NCBI GenBank assembly: GCA_030041075.1
Contig: JASHOP010000099.1
Location: 3,852 to 67,851 of the forward strand
DNA from: Thermoplasmata archaeon
GTDB taxonomy: Archaea; Thermoplasmatota; Thermoplasmata; Lutacidiplasmatales; UBA184
DNA length: 64,000 nucleotides
Direction: 5' to 3'
The notes beneath the pieces were generated by a model. The model was not told where the DNA came from. It saw only the letters and a program-made list of their open reading frames with translations, and searched no databases. Shown here one piece after another: positions 18,056-28,564 of this stretch (positions are counted from its first letter, which is position 1; each line of letters opens with the position of its first letter). Both the position numbers and the translations under genes were made by a program.

Positions 18056-19003
18056 ATGCCGGACCCGATCGAGAGCCTCCGCTTCGGAACGGAGCTCCTC
18101 AAGCGCGGCTTTGCCCGCATGCAGCAGGGGGGCGTCATCATGGACGTCACCACCGCCGAGCAGGCGGCGATCGCGGAGGAGGCGGGAGCGGTCGCGGTGA
18201 TGGCACTGGAACGGGTCCCGGCCGACATTCGGGCGGCCGGGGGCGTCGCCCGGATGGCCGACCCGCTCCGGGTCCGGGAGATCCGCGACCGGGTGAGCAT
18301 CCCGGTGATGGCGAAGTGCCGTATCGGTCACACCGCCGAGGCCCGGATCCTGGAGTCGCTCGGGGTCGACATGGTCGACGAGTCGGAGGTGCTGACCCCG
18401 GCCGACCCGTTCCGCCACGTTGACAAGAAGACGTTCAAGGTCCCGTTCGTCTGCGGCGCGCGCAACCTGGGGGAGGCGCTGCGCCGCGTCGAGGAGGGGG
18501 CCGCGATGATCCGGACCAAGGGCGAGGCGGGCACCGGCAACGTGATCGAGGCGGTGCGCCACATCCGCCAGATCTCCTCCGAGGTCGAGGAGGTCAGGAA
18601 GCTCGCGAAGCGGGACGTTCCGGCCTGGGCGAAGAACGAGCGGGTCTCCGAGGAGGTCGTCCAGGAGGTCCGGTCGCTCGGCCGGCTCCCGGTCGTGAAC
18701 TTTGCCGCGGGGGGGATCGCGACGCCGGCCGACGCCGCGCTATGCCGCCTCCTCGGCGTCGACGGGCTGTTCGTCGGGAGCGGGATCTTCAAGTCCCAGC
18801 AGCCGATGAAGGTGGCCCGGGCGATCGTGGAGGCGTCGCTCCACTACGACGACCCGGCGGTCCTCGCGCGCGCGTCGACGGGACTCGGCGAGCTCATGCG
18901 CGGCCTCGAGATCGGCGCCCTTCCGGCCGACGCCCTGTTCCAGACGCGGGAGTCCGCGCCGATCGCCGCGGAGGCGCGACGCCGCGACCCGGCCGCGGCC
19001 TGA
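18056..19003 (+). CDS. pdxS: Pyridoxal 5'-phosphate synthase subunit
   Basis: [49 protein letters not shown]. Confidence 0.97.
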   Translation: MPDPIESLRFGTELLKRGFARMQQGGVIMDVTTAEQAAIAEEAGAVAVMALERVPADIRAAGGVARMADPLRVREIRDRVSIPVMAKCRIGHTAEARILESLGVDMVDESEVLTPADPFRHVDKKTFKVPFVCGARNLGEALRRVEEGAAMIRTKGEAGTGNVIEAVRHIRQISSEVEEVRKLAKRDVPAWAKNERVSEEVVQEVRSLGRLPVVNFAAGGIATPADAALCRLLGVDGLFVGSGIFKSQQPMKVARAIVEASLHYDDPAVLARASTGLGELMRGLEIGALPADALFQTRESAPIAAEARRRDPAAA

Positions 19004-19067
19004 ACGCTCCCCCGCGCCGGCCGGGCCGTTCGACGGCCGTAAAGCGGGCGAGCGGCTGACCGGTCCC

Positions 19068-20201
19068 GTGCGGATCGTCCAGGTCTCGCCGTTCTTCCAC
19101 CCCCACGCGGGCGGCGTCGAGTCGCACGTCCGGTCGATCGCCGGCGAGTTCGCCCGGGAGGGCCACGAGGTCACGGTCGTCACCTCGCGCTACCGCCGCG
19201 ACCTCCCGGTCGAGGAGATGCGGGACGGCTACCGCATCGTCCGGACCCGGACGCTCGGGGTCGCGTTCAACACGCCGATCGACGTCGGCACCGGCCGGGC
19301 GCTCCGCCGCCTTCCGGCCGACGTCGTCCACCTCCACTACCCGCCGCCGCTCACGTCGTTCTTCGCGACCCGGGCGCTCGGTTCCTCGAACGTACCGGTC
19401 TGCCTCACCTACCACTGCGACCTGTCCCTCGCGGGCGTCGCGGGTCGGGCGATCGCCGGTCTCTACGAGCGCACCCTCCTCCGCCCGACGCTGAGAGGCG
19501 CCCGCCGGCTGGTCGTCCACACCCGCAGTTACGGCCTGACCTCGGCCGTGCTGCGCGGACGTGACCTCGAGGTCATTCCGTCCGTGGTCGACCTCGATCG
19601 GTTCCGGCCGGGCCTCGACCCGGGCGACCTGCGGACCCGCCTCGGCCTCGACGGGAAGCGGGTCCTCGTGTTCACCGGGCGCCTCGTGTCGCACAAGGGC
19701 GTCGACGTCATTCTCCACGCGCTCCGGGAGCTCCCGGCGGACGTGGTCCTCGTCGTGATCGGCTCCGGCCCGCGGCTGCGCGATCTCGCGGCGCTCGCGC
19801 GACGGATCGGGGTCCTTCCCCGGGTGCGCTTCTGCCCCGGCGTCTCCGACGCCGACCTCCCGCGGTACCTCGCGCTCGCCCAGGTGTTCGTCTTCCCGTC
19901 CCAGAACCGACTGGAGGGATTCGGGCTCGCGGTCGCGGAGGCGATGGCGTCGGGCCTCCCGGTCGTCGTCGCCGACGTGCCCGGCGTGCGCGAGGTGATC
20001 GAGGACGGCAAGGAGGGGCTGCTCGCGGAGCCGCTCCTCGCGTCCGACATCGCCCACAAGGCGACCCGGCTACTCGACGACCCGGCGCTCGCGCGGACGA
20101 TGGGCGCGGCCGCGCGACGGAGAGCCGAGCAGCGCTACGGCCTGGCGACCGTCGCGCACGATCTCATCCGGCTGTACGAAGGCCTAGCCGCAGCTGGTTG
20201 A
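19068..20201 (+). CDS. Glycosyltransferase family 4
   Basis: GGVESH, TGRL..HKG, EGFGLAVAEAMASGLPVV. Confidence 0.92.
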   Translation: MRIVQVSPFFHPHAGGVESHVRSIAGEFAREGHEVTVVTSRYRRDLPVEEMRDGYRIVRTRTLGVAFNTPIDVGTGRALRRLPADVVHLHYPPPLTSFFATRALGSSNVPVCLTYHCDLSLAGVAGRAIAGLYERTLLRPTLRGARRLVVHTRSYGLTSAVLRGRDLEVIPSVVDLDRFRPGLDPGDLRTRLGLDGKRVLVFTGRLVSHKGVDVILHALRELPADVVLVVIGSGPRLRDLAALARRIGVLPRVRFCPGVSDADLPRYLALAQVFVFPSQNRLEGFGLAVAEAMASGLPVVVADVPGVREVIEDGKEGLLAEPLLASDIAHKATRLLDDPALARTMGAAARRRAEQRYGLATVAHDLIRLYEGLAAAG

Positions 20202-21009
20202 TCTGGAGCTTGAGCCGCGCGGCCTCCTTGCCGGCGGCGCGCTTCCAGTCGGGGCCGTCCGAGGCGTACAGGATGCTTCGGGACGCGTTCACGAGGAGGC
20301 CCCGCCCGTGCGCGTCCACCCCCTCGCGGACCGTGTTCGCCAGCGAGCCGCCCTGGGCGCCGACCCCGGGGACGAGGATCGGGATCCCGTTCCCGAGCGT
20401 CGCCCGCGCCGCGCGGAGCCCCTCGGAGAACGTCGCCCCGATCACGGCGCCCACGTTGCCGTGGGCGTGCGCGAGGCGCCGGACCTCCCCGACAACGGCG
20501 ACCCAGAGCGGGCCCCGGGGCGTCGGGATCTCCTGGAAGTCCCCCGACCCCGGGTTCGAGGAGTGCGCCACGACGAAGATTCCGTGGGCCGGGTCCTCGA
20601 GGAACGGCGCGAGCGTCTCCCACCCGTTCCACGGCGTCACGGTGACCGCGTCGAATCCGAACTCCCGGAACGCCCCGTCGCGGATCATCCGCATCGTGTT
20701 CGGGATGTCGTTCGCCTTGAGGTCGAGGATCCGGAGCCGGCTGGGGCCGATCTTTCGGGTCCACCGGACGAGCGCTTCGATCCCGTCGGGACCGTACTGG
20801 AAGTAGGACCCGAGCTGCATCTTGTAGGCGGCCGCGTGGGGATACGTCGCCGAGACGATCCCGCTGAGGAACCGCTCGAGCTGCGTCCGGGGCGACAGGC
20901 GCCTAAGGCCCCGCGGCAGCGACGACGGGTCGGGGTCGAGCCCGACGCACACGAGCGAGTTCCGCTGCCGCAGCACCCGGTCGGCCCGCTGGTTGAACTT
21001 GAGCGGCAC
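20164..21009 (-). CDS. pyrF: Orotidine-5'-phosphate decarboxylase
   Basis: VCVGLDP, LDLKANDIPNT, LVPGVGAQGG, VNASRSILYA. Confidence 0.95.
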   Translation of the reverse strand: MPLKFNQRADRVLRQRNSLVCVGLDPDPSSLPRGLRRLSPRTQLERFLSGIVSATYPHAAAYKMQLGSYFQYGPDGIEALVRWTRKIGPSRLRILDLKANDIPNTMRMIRDGAFREFGFDAVTVTPWNGWETLAPFLEDPAHGIFVVAHSSNPGSGDFQEIPTPRGPLWVAVVGEVRRLAHAHGNVGAVIGATFSEGLRAARATLGNGIPILVPGVGAQGGSLANTVREGVDAHGRGLLVNASRSILYASDGPDWKRAAGKEAARLKLQINQLRLGLRTAG

Positions 21010-21153
21010 CGACCGCCGGGAGGATACGCTCCTCTAAACGTTTGAGCATGGTGAGGGTGGATGCGGTTCCCCGGACGCCGGCGCTCGACGTCCACCGTTC
21101 CGCGGCCGGACGACGGTTTTAACAGGACCACCGCTCCCGGCCGGTCGTACGAC

Positions 21154-22320
21154 ATGACCGCGGACGGCACCCCCTCGACCCCGGCGGAGGTCCGGCTGCG
21201 CGACGTCCGACCGACGACCGTCCCAATCGAGGTTGTCGGGACGATCATCTCGCTGGAGCGGAAGGAGATCACGCGACGCTCCGACGGGCTCCGACGCCCA
21301 CTCCTCTCGGGCCGGCTGAGCGACGGCACCGCCACCGTCCGGTTCACCTGGTGGGACCCGCCGCGCGAAACGATCGACCGGGGGACGATCCTGCGAGCGA
21401 CCGGCGTCGAGGTCACCGAGTTCCGGGGGCGCCCGGAGCTCACGTTCACCTGGAGGACCCGCGTCGGTCCCGCGGGGCCGGCCGAGCTGCCGTTGGCCGA
21501 CCCTAACGCGACGCCGCGGATGGCCGTCCACGAGCTTCGGCCCTCGGACGAGGGGTTCCGGGTGGAGGTGCGCGTCGTGCGGGTCACCGAGCGAACGGTG
21601 AGCGTCGGCGAGGAGCGCCGAGTCGTCTACGACGGACTCGTCGGGGACCGCTCGGGCGTCGTCGCCCTTTCCGCCTGGAGCGACTTCGCCCTGAAGGTCG
21701 GCGAGTCCGTGCGGATCGCGGGGGGGTACGTTCGAGCGTTCCGGGGACGCCCGCAGCTCGTCGTCGACGAGCGCGCCACGGTGACGCGCATCGCCGCCCC
21801 GGATCTTCCGGAGGCGGCCGAGCTGGCGCGGTCGCCGCTCCGGACCATAGCCCAGCTCGAGGACGCGGGCGGCGGCGAGGTCGTGGCGGTCGAGGGGATC
21901 GTGGTGGGACTCCTTCCCCCGAGCGGCGTCGTCTACCGCTGCCCGAGCTGCCGTCGGTCGGTCACGAGCGGGATCTGCCGGATCCACGGCCAGGTCGAAG
22001 GGTACGTCGATCTGAGGGCCCGGATCGTCCTGGATGACGGAACGGGAGCGGTCACGATCTCGGCCGGCCGGGCCGCCACCGAGGAGCTGTGGGGGGTGTC
22101 GCTCGAGGAGGCCCGGCTACGGCTGCGCGAGCAGCCCGACCCGACCGTGCTCGAGGAGGAGCTGTTCGAGGCGCTCCTGGGCCGCCGCCTGCGGATCCGC
22201 GGGAGCGCGACCCAGGACGACTTCGGCATCACGGTTCACCCCGAGTCGATCGAGCGGGCGGAGGTCGACCTCGACGCCGCCGCGGACGAACTCGGCGCCC
22301 GGGTCGGGCCCCGGAACTGA
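21154..22320 (+). CDS. Replication protein A large subunit (OB folds plus Zn finger)
   Basis: Repeated OB motifs (LSDGTA..FTWW, GDRSG..LSAW, LDDGTG); CPSC...CRIH. TTTTAA at 21117. Confidence 0.88.
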   Translation: MTADGTPSTPAEVRLRDVRPTTVPIEVVGTIISLERKEITRRSDGLRRPLLSGRLSDGTATVRFTWWDPPRETIDRGTILRATGVEVTEFRGRPELTFTWRTRVGPAGPAELPLADPNATPRMAVHELRPSDEGFRVEVRVVRVTERTVSVGEERRVVYDGLVGDRSGVVALSAWSDFALKVGESVRIAGGYVRAFRGRPQLVVDERATVTRIAAPDLPEAAELARSPLRTIAQLEDAGGGEVVAVEGIVVGLLPPSGVVYRCPSCRRSVTSGICRIHGQVEGYVDLRARIVLDDGTGAVTISAGRAATEELWGVSLEEARLRLREQPDPTVLEEELFEALLGRRLRIRGSATQDDFGITVHPESIERAEVDLDAAADELGARVGPRN

Positions 22321-23243
22321 TGGCCGCTCGGGAGACCGCGTGGCGCGTCACGGCCCGCGAGCTCGAGAGCTCGCTCGAGGAGGAGAAGGGGGCGGGCGAG
22401 CGATCTCCCACGTACCTCGTGAGCCCGTTCGGGGCCCGCATGAGCCGCGTGCTCCTCGCGGGCACGCTCTCGCCGGGCGAGCCGATCGGACGCGACCCGG
22501 CCACGGCGTTCTGGCGGGCCCGCTTCTCCGACGCGACCGGGGCCGTCGCGGTCACCGCGGGCAGCTTCCAGCCCCGGGCCATGGCCCAGGTACGATCGGC
22601 GACCGCCTCGCGGCCGGCGGTCGTGGTGGGACGCACGCACCTGTATCGGGGTCGGGACGGGGTCGCGAGCGTCTCCGTCCGGGCGGAGGGGGTCCGCTCG
22701 CTCGCGGAGGGCGAGGAGCGCGGCCTGCTCGCCGACATCGTCCGCCAGACGCTCGACCGGCTGGATCTGGTCGAGCGGCTCGAGAAGGAGCCGCACGTCG
22801 CCGAGGCGGCCCTCCGGGCGGACGGCGTCCCGAGCGCCTGGATCAGGGCCGGTCGCGAGGCGCTCCGACGTTATCCGAACGCGGACCGCGGGGCGTTCCG
22901 ACGGGAGCTGCGGTCGGCGATCCGCCACGTCGCCGGGGAGTTCGGACCGGTCCGGTCGCCCTCCCCGACGCCGGGTTCGGTGACGCGGACCGTGGCGCGC
23001 CCCGCCGGACCCGCCGCCCCCCCACCCACGGCCGAGGAGCGGGGGGAGGAGTCGGTGTTCCTTGGCTTGGTGGACGAGGTGTCCGAGCGGTCCGCGGACG
23101 GCTACGCGGACCTCAAGGAGGTCATCCTCCGGAGCGCGGAGCGGGGACTCGCGTCGGCGCGGGCCGAGGCCGCGCTCTCCCGGCTCGAGGAGGAAGGCGT
23201 TCTCGAGGAGCCGATCGTGGGCAAGCTGCGCCGGGCGGAGTAG
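22320..23243 (+). CDS. RPA-associated/RPA32-like protein (OB fold plus C-terminal winged helix)
   Basis: MAARETAWRV...SPTYLVSPFGARMSRV...DATG...GSFQP; TGATG overlap with the RPA gene; C-terminal LEEEGVLEEP. Confidence 0.85.
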   Translation: MAARETAWRVTARELESSLEEEKGAGERSPTYLVSPFGARMSRVLLAGTLSPGEPIGRDPATAFWRARFSDATGAVAVTAGSFQPRAMAQVRSATASRPAVVVGRTHLYRGRDGVASVSVRAEGVRSLAEGEERGLLADIVRQTLDRLDLVERLEKEPHVAEAALRADGVPSAWIRAGREALRRYPNADRGAFRRELRSAIRHVAGEFGPVRSPSPTPGSVTRTVARPAGPAAPPPTAEERGEESVFLGLVDEVSERSADGYADLKEVILRSAERGLASARAEAALSRLEEEGVLEEPIVGKLRRAE

Positions 23244-23355
23244 GCGCGCCTCGAACGGTCCGCCGAGGTCCGCTCGCGCCCCGCGGGGGGCGCGCCGCGC
23301 CGTCGCGCAGGCGTCCGGCGTTCCCGAGGATATATATGCCCGCCAGTCTCGGGGC

Positions 23356-23421
23356 GCGGGGGAATGAGGAACACCTGTCTCTCCGAATCGATGACGAGAC
23401 CAGCGAAGAGCTGACCCCCGC
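23356..23421 (+). ncRNA. Box C/D guide sRNA
   Basis: Terminal stem GCGGGGG/CCCCCGC; box C ATGAGGA 23364-70; D' CCGA 23383-86; C' ATGACGA 23391-97; D CTGA 23411-14; 12- and 13-nt guides; TATATAT at 23331. Confidence 0.85.
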
Positions 23422-23442
23422 CCGCACACCGAAGCCAAGCCG

Positions 23443-24363
23443 ATGTCCGAACGGTCCCCCTCGCTGCGGCTGATCGCCGTCCTCGCCGTCGTGACGGTCG
23501 TCGCCGCCGCGATTGGGGGGGGCGTGCTGTACGAGCGCACCCATCCGAAGCCCCCCGCGGGACCCGAGACGGTCGTCGTCGGGGACAACGTGACGGTGAA
23601 CTACATCGGGATCTTCGGGAGCGGTCCTCAGGAGGGGCTCGTTTTCGACACCTCGATCCAGTCGGTGGCGAAGAACAACGCCACCTACCCGAAGTCACTC
23701 CAGTACTCGCCCCGGAGCCCGGGACAGTACGTCCCGCTGGCCGTCCACGTGGGTCCCGACACGCCCGCCGCGGGCTACACCGTGGGAAACTACACGTTCG
23801 GAGGCGTCGTCACCGGTTTCTGGCAGGGGCTCCTCGGGCTCGCGGTGAACCAGACCCGGTGGGCGACCGTGACCCCGGCGCTCGGCTACGGCTCGTTGAA
23901 CCAGAGCTGTCTCCAGACCGACCCCCTCAACTTCACCGTCCCGGTGGTCGTCGTCGACTCCCCCACCCAGTTCAACGCCAGCTACCCGGGAGTCGTCGCG
24001 CAGGCCGGTGTGGAGTTCCCGGACCCTGTCTACGGGTGGACGGACCTCGTCTTCAGCGCGAACGCAAGCGCGGTCGTCGTCGAGAACCTGCCGAGCCTCG
24101 GGTGGTCCATCTCGCCGAGCGGGTGGCCGATCACGGTCACCGACCTTTCGTCGACGACGATCACCCTCACGAACGAGCTGACCCCCGCGAAGGACGGGCT
24201 CGTCGGGGGCAACACGACCGGCCCCGAGGTCTGCGACACGGCGGACTACATCGTCTCGTCCGTCGACCTGGCGAACGACACCTACGTGCGCGACTTCAAC
24301 CGGGAGGTCGTCGGCCAGACGTTGATCTTCGTCGTGACGGTGACCGCCATCAACCCCACGTAG
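23443..24363 (+). CDS. Membrane-anchored FKBP-type peptidyl-prolyl isomerase-like protein
   Basis: N-terminal TM; GDNVTVNYIG...VFDTS, VVTGFWQGLLGL, TPALGYG, DFN..VGQTLIFVV. Confidence 0.82.
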   Translation: MSERSPSLRLIAVLAVVTVVAAAIGGGVLYERTHPKPPAGPETVVVGDNVTVNYIGIFGSGPQEGLVFDTSIQSVAKNNATYPKSLQYSPRSPGQYVPLAVHVGPDTPAAGYTVGNYTFGGVVTGFWQGLLGLAVNQTRWATVTPALGYGSLNQSCLQTDPLNFTVPVVVVDSPTQFNASYPGVVAQAGVEFPDPVYGWTDLVFSANASAVVVENLPSLGWSISPSGWPITVTDLSSTTITLTNELTPAKDGLVGGNTTGPEVCDTADYIVSSVDLANDTYVRDFNREVVGQTLIFVVTVTAINPT

Positions 24364-24374
24364 TCGGACGGCGC

Positions 24375-25277
24375 CTAGCCGCCGAGCGTGACCTTGCCGC
24401 GCTTCATCAGCTCCTCGAGGTGCGACTCCGCGATCGCGGTCGGGTCGGCCCGCCGGGTCGCGGGCCTCGGGCGCTCGTACTCCTTGAGGATCCGCCGGGC
24501 GTCCTCCCGTCGGGTCCGGGAGCGGGCCAGAAGCTCGCGTCCCTCCCGCTCGATCGAGTCGATCTCGCGCGAGAGGCCATCGACCTGGGTCATCAGCTCG
24601 GCCCGGGAGCGGCCGGCGGCCCGCATCTCCGCGACCAGCGCCCCGGCGGTCCCGAGCTTGGCCCGGATCTCGACCATCCGCTTGTCGCGTTCGGTCCGGG
24701 CGAGAGCCATCTCCGCCACGATCCGCTCCACCTCGGCGCGGGCGGCGACGATCGTCTCCTCGGCCTCGCGTCGCTGGCGCTCGTGCTCGGCGGCGATAGC
24801 CTTGCGCGACTCGATGTGCTCGAGGTCCTTCGCCTTCTGTCGCAGCTCGGCGATCAGGGCGTTCTCCTCCTCGATGGGGAGCGCGCGGGTCTGCTGGCGG
24901 AGCTCGAGCTCCGCCATCGCCTTGCGGACCTGGTCGGGGTTCTGGCGTTCCGTCCGATCGAACGTCAGCACGAGTTCGCGCCGGCGCACCACCGCCTCCT
25001 CGAGCTGCTGGCGGGCCTTCTCGCACCCTCGGCGCAGCTCGGGGAGCAGCTTCCCCAGGTGCGCGAACTCGTCGTGGAGCCGCTCGACGTCCGCCTGGGG
25101 GGCCTGGCGCTGGTTGTAGAGCTCCTTCTGCTTGGTGGAAAGGGCCCGCACCTGGGCGATGAGGTCGCGGCGTCGGTCCAGAAGCTCGTTCAGCCGGCCC
25201 TCGAGCTGGCGGAGCCGGTCCCGTTCCTCGCGATCCTCCCGCTGCCACTGCTCGGAGAGGACGGCGCGTGGCGCCAC
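24375..25277 (-). CDS. Archaeal coiled-coil protein (COG1340-like)
   Basis: Long heptad pattern, ELRQQTRAL..EEENALI, C-terminal KRGKVTL. TTTTGA about 25 nt before GTG 25277. Confidence 0.8.
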   Translation of the reverse strand: MAPRAVLSEQWQREDREERDRLRQLEGRLNELLDRRRDLIAQVRALSTKQKELYNQRQAPQADVERLHDEFAHLGKLLPELRRGCEKARQQLEEAVVRRRELVLTFDRTERQNPDQVRKAMAELELRQQTRALPIEEENALIAELRQKAKDLEHIESRKAIAAEHERQRREAEETIVAARAEVERIVAEMALARTERDKRMVEIRAKLGTAGALVAEMRAAGRSRAELMTQVDGLSREIDSIEREGRELLARSRTRREDARRILKEYERPRPATRRADPTAIAESHLEELMKRGKVTLGG

Positions 25278-25594
25278 GGGACCTCGAGGCGCCGGAGGTC
25301 TCAAAAGCCCTTCGAAGGGGGGTCGACGGCGCCCCCCCCGAGTGGCCGCCCGTGGTGGGCGTCCGATATCGACCGGCGGGTGACTCCCCCGTTCCGGGGC
25401 GATCGACCGACGGGGCGGGCGCCCGCTACCCGACGCTCTCGGGGCGGTGCCGACCACGGCCCGGAAAAGGCGGAGGAGGGACGGGCGGGCGCCCGGCGAC
25501 GAGCCGCCCGCGACCCCCGAACCGCTTCGGGGACAGCGTCCGGGCGCGGAACCCCCCGCGCCGGGAGGAGGCCGGCACTCCGGAATACGGGCTC

Positions 25595-26362
25595 CTATCG
25601 ACGGCGAGGGGGGGACCGACGGCGGCCGCCCGAGCTTCGGCGCGGGGAGCGGGCGAGGTGCTGGGCGGCGAACAGGGCCGCAGGCACCGCCGCGTCGATG
25701 TTGAACACGGCGATCGGCGCGCACGACTGGAGCATGGCGGTCAACGCCGCGCGACCCCCGCCCCCTCGACCGTATCCGACCGACGTGGGGATGCCGATCA
25801 CCGGCGCCGGCACCAGCCCGGCCACGACCGTGGGCAGCGCCCCCTCCCGACCCGCGAACACGAGGTAGATCTCGGGGTGGTGCCGCTCGAGCCGACGCAG
25901 CGCTCGCATGAGCCGATGCAGGCCGGCGACGCCCACGTCGTACGCCCCCTCCACTCGGATCCCGAGCGCGACGAGCACGGCCCGGGCCTCTTCGGCGACG
26001 GCGACATCGCTCGTGCCGGCGGCGAGGACTGCCACCGTTCCCCGCCGGAAGCTCCCCCCCCACGGACCGGGTAGCTGGAGCAGCCGTCCCTCCGCGAGAG
26101 TCCGGAGGCGGAGGTTCCCTCCGGCCGGCGACGCGAGGGCGCGACGCTGGGCCCGGGTCGGGCGGGAGACCAGGGCCCCGACTCCGCGGGCGCGCAGGGC
26201 GCGTACGATCCCCCGGAGCTGCGCGACGCTCTTCCCCTCGCCGAGGATCACCTCGGGCACTCCCGTGCGGCGCGGACGGTCGCGATCGATCCGAGCGTAG
26301 CCGCTCACGACGATCTCCCGGGAGCGAGGGAGGCGACCCCTGCGTCCCGTCGGACTCGACAC
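25595..26362 (-). CDS. larB: LarB-family (AIR carboxylase-like) protein
   Basis: RRTGVPEVILGEGKS, AGTSDVAVAEEA, DVGVAGLHRL, AGREGALP, PTSVGYG, FNIDA. Start may be 26308. Confidence 0.88.
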   Translation of the reverse strand: MSSPTGRRGRLPRSREIVVSGYARIDRDRPRRTGVPEVILGEGKSVAQLRGIVRALRARGVGALVSRPTRAQRRALASPAGGNLRLRTLAEGRLLQLPGPWGGSFRRGTVAVLAAGTSDVAVAEEARAVLVALGIRVEGAYDVGVAGLHRLMRALRRLERHHPEIYLVFAGREGALPTVVAGLVPAPVIGIPTSVGYGRGGGGRAALTAMLQSCAPIAVFNIDAAVPAALFAAQHLARSPRRSSGGRRRSPPRRR

Positions 26363-26620
26363 GGACGAGCGGACCGGCGTTGTGACTTAACCTCCGCCGG
26401 GGCGGGTGCCTGCGGTACGGGGAACCGAGTCCGGCGCCAGGATGGAGTCGGGGCCCACGCGTGGGCGCGGACCACCACGTCGATCGAGGCGCTCGCGTCG
26501 GTCCGACGACCGGCCTCGGGAACGTCGCCCTCCCTCCGGACCCTCGGAGTTCGGCCGCCGACGCCGCCGCGACCCAAGCCGTGATATAGCGCGGCCCGGT
26601 GGCACGGCGCCGTCCTCGGA

Positions 26621-27769
26621 ATGCCCGATTTCTCCCTCTCTCCGGAGCTCGAGAGCCTCCGCGACATGGCCCGGAAGTTCGCGAGGACCGAGATGGTTCC
26701 GCACGCGGCAGAGTGCGACCGGAGCGCCCGGTTTCCCGAGGAGATCTACCGCAAGGCCCACGCGCTCGGGCTCATGAACCTCAACGTACCGGCGGAGTTC
26801 GGGGGGACCGGGCTCTCGCTGCTCGAGCAGTGCCTGATCGTCGAGGAGCTCGCGTACGCCTGCGGAGGCATGACGACCTCGATCATCGCGAACTGTCTTG
26901 CGCTCGAACCGATCCTGCTGGCGGCTTCCCCCGAGCAGAAGCAGCGCTACCTCCCTTCGTTCTGCTCCGAGTACCACCTCGCCTCGTTCTGCCTGACGGA
27001 GCCCGGCGGCGGCAGCGACGCTGGCGCGCTCCGCACCCGAGCCCGTCGGGAGGGCGAGGAGTACGTGCTGGACGGGGAGAAGTGCTTCATCACGAACGCG
27101 CCGCACGCTTCGCTCTACACCGTGTTCGCGACCCTGGACCCGGCGGCCCGCCATCGCGGCATCGCCGCGTTCGTCGTGCCGCGCTCGGCGAAGGGGCTCA
27201 CCCCGGGGAAGGACGAGGAGAAGATGGGACACCGGGCCTCGTCGACGAGCACGGTCCGCTTCGACGGGGTGCGGGTGCCCGTCGCCGACCGGCTCGGCGC
27301 CGAGGGGGAGGGGTTCGCGCTCGCCATGCGGACGCTCGACCAGACGCGGACGCCGATCGGAGCCCTCGCGACGGGGATCGCCCAGGCCGCGCTCGACCAC
27401 GCCGCGCGCTACGCGCTGAAGCGCGAGACGTTCGGCAAGCCGATCGCCGAGCACCAGGCGATCCAGATCAAGCTGGCGAACATGGCCCAGGCGGTTCACG
27501 CCTCGCGCCTCCTCACCTGGCACGCGGCCTGGACGATCGACCGAGGGCAGAAAGGGACGCTCGAGTCGTCGATCGCGAAGTGCTTCGCCTCGGACGCGGC
27601 GCTCCACGTCGCCGACGAGGCGATCCAGACGTTCGGGGGGTACGGGTACATGAAGGAGTACCCGGTCGAGAAGCTCCTTCGGGACGCGAAGCTCACCCAG
27701 ATCTACGAGGGCGCGAACGAGATCCAGCGCACCGTGATCGCCCGCGAGCTGCTGCGCGGCTACGCTTAG
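26621..27769 (+). CDS. Acyl-CoA dehydrogenase
   Basis: [37 protein letters not shown]. Confidence 0.95.
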   Translation: MPDFSLSPELESLRDMARKFARTEMVPHAAECDRSARFPEEIYRKAHALGLMNLNVPAEFGGTGLSLLEQCLIVEELAYACGGMTTSIIANCLALEPILLAASPEQKQRYLPSFCSEYHLASFCLTEPGGGSDAGALRTRARREGEEYVLDGEKCFITNAPHASLYTVFATLDPAARHRGIAAFVVPRSAKGLTPGKDEEKMGHRASSTSTVRFDGVRVPVADRLGAEGEGFALAMRTLDQTRTPIGALATGIAQAALDHAARYALKRETFGKPIAEHQAIQIKLANMAQAVHASRLLTWHAAWTIDRGQKGTLESSIAKCFASDAALHVADEAIQTFGGYGYMKEYPVEKLLRDAKLTQIYEGANEIQRTVIARELLRGYA

Positions 27770-27781
27770 CGGATCGGGCCG

Positions 27782-28564
27782 ATGGAGATCGTCGTTTGCC
27801 TCAAGCCGGTCCCGGACGCCGAGACGCGCGCGAGGCCCCTCCCGGACGGGACGCGATTCGATCCGGAAGGCGTGAAATTCGTCCTCGCGGGCTACGACGA
27901 GTCGGCCGTCGAGCAGGCGCTCCTCCTGAAGGAGGCGATCCCCGGCTCGGCGGTGCACGCGATCTCGCTGGGCGCCCGGTCGCGGACCGACGAGGTGCTC
28001 CGCGCGGCGATCGCCCTCGGGTGCGACTCCGCGACGGCGATCGAGGCGTCGCCCGCCGCGTTCGAGGACCCGATCGCGGTGGCCGCCGGGCTCCGGGCCG
28101 CCATCGAGGGGCTCCCGCACGACCTGGTCCTCCTCGGAAAGCAGTCCGGGGACGAGGAGGAGGGTCTCGTTCCCGGGGCCCTCGGCGAGCTCCTCGGCCT
28201 CCCCCACTTCGGGTTCGTGGTCGACCTTCGGTGGGACGCGACCTCCCAGCGCCTCCGGTTCGGCCGGTCCACCGAGGCCGGCGAGGAGAGCTGGGAGGCG
28301 CCCCTCCCGTGCGTCATCGGCCTGCAGCAGGCATGGAACGACCCGCGGACCGCGAAGCTACCGGCGATCCTCAAGTCGCGTCGCGCGCCGATCGCCACGG
28401 TCCGCGCGCCGACCGGGCCCCCCGAGGGGCCCACGAGCGAGCCGGCCCGTTTCGAGCTGCCGCCTCCCCGGACCGGGGCGAAGATGATCGAATACCGGAC
28501 TCCTGCCGAGGCGGCGACGAAGCTCGTGCGGATCCTATCGGAGGAGGCGAAGGTGTTCCCATGA
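27782..28564 (+). CDS. etfB: Electron transfer flavoprotein beta subunit
   Basis: IVVCLKPVPD, DESAVEQAL, LGKQSGD, NDPR. Confidence 0.92.
   Translation: MEIVVCLKPVPDAETRARPLPDGTRFDPEGVKFVLAGYDESAVEQALLLKEAIPGSAVHAISLGARSRTDEVLRAAIALGCDSATAIEASPAAFEDPIAVAAGLRAAIEGLPHDLVLLGKQSGDEEEGLVPGALGELLGLPHFGFVVDLRWDATSQRLRFGRSTEAGEESWEAPLPCVIGLQQAWNDPRTAKLPAILKSRRAPIATVRAPTGPPEGPTSEPARFELPPPRTGAKMIEYRTPAEAATKLVRILSEEAKVFP

Noticed and set aside
25310-25595. GC-rich, hairpin-rich intergenic region checked for SRP RNA or RNase P RNA
   Set aside because: Lacks the SRP helix-8 CAGG..GGAA..AGCA motif and the RNase P GAGGAAAGUCC-type element; similar GC-rich spacers occur elsewhere in the window.
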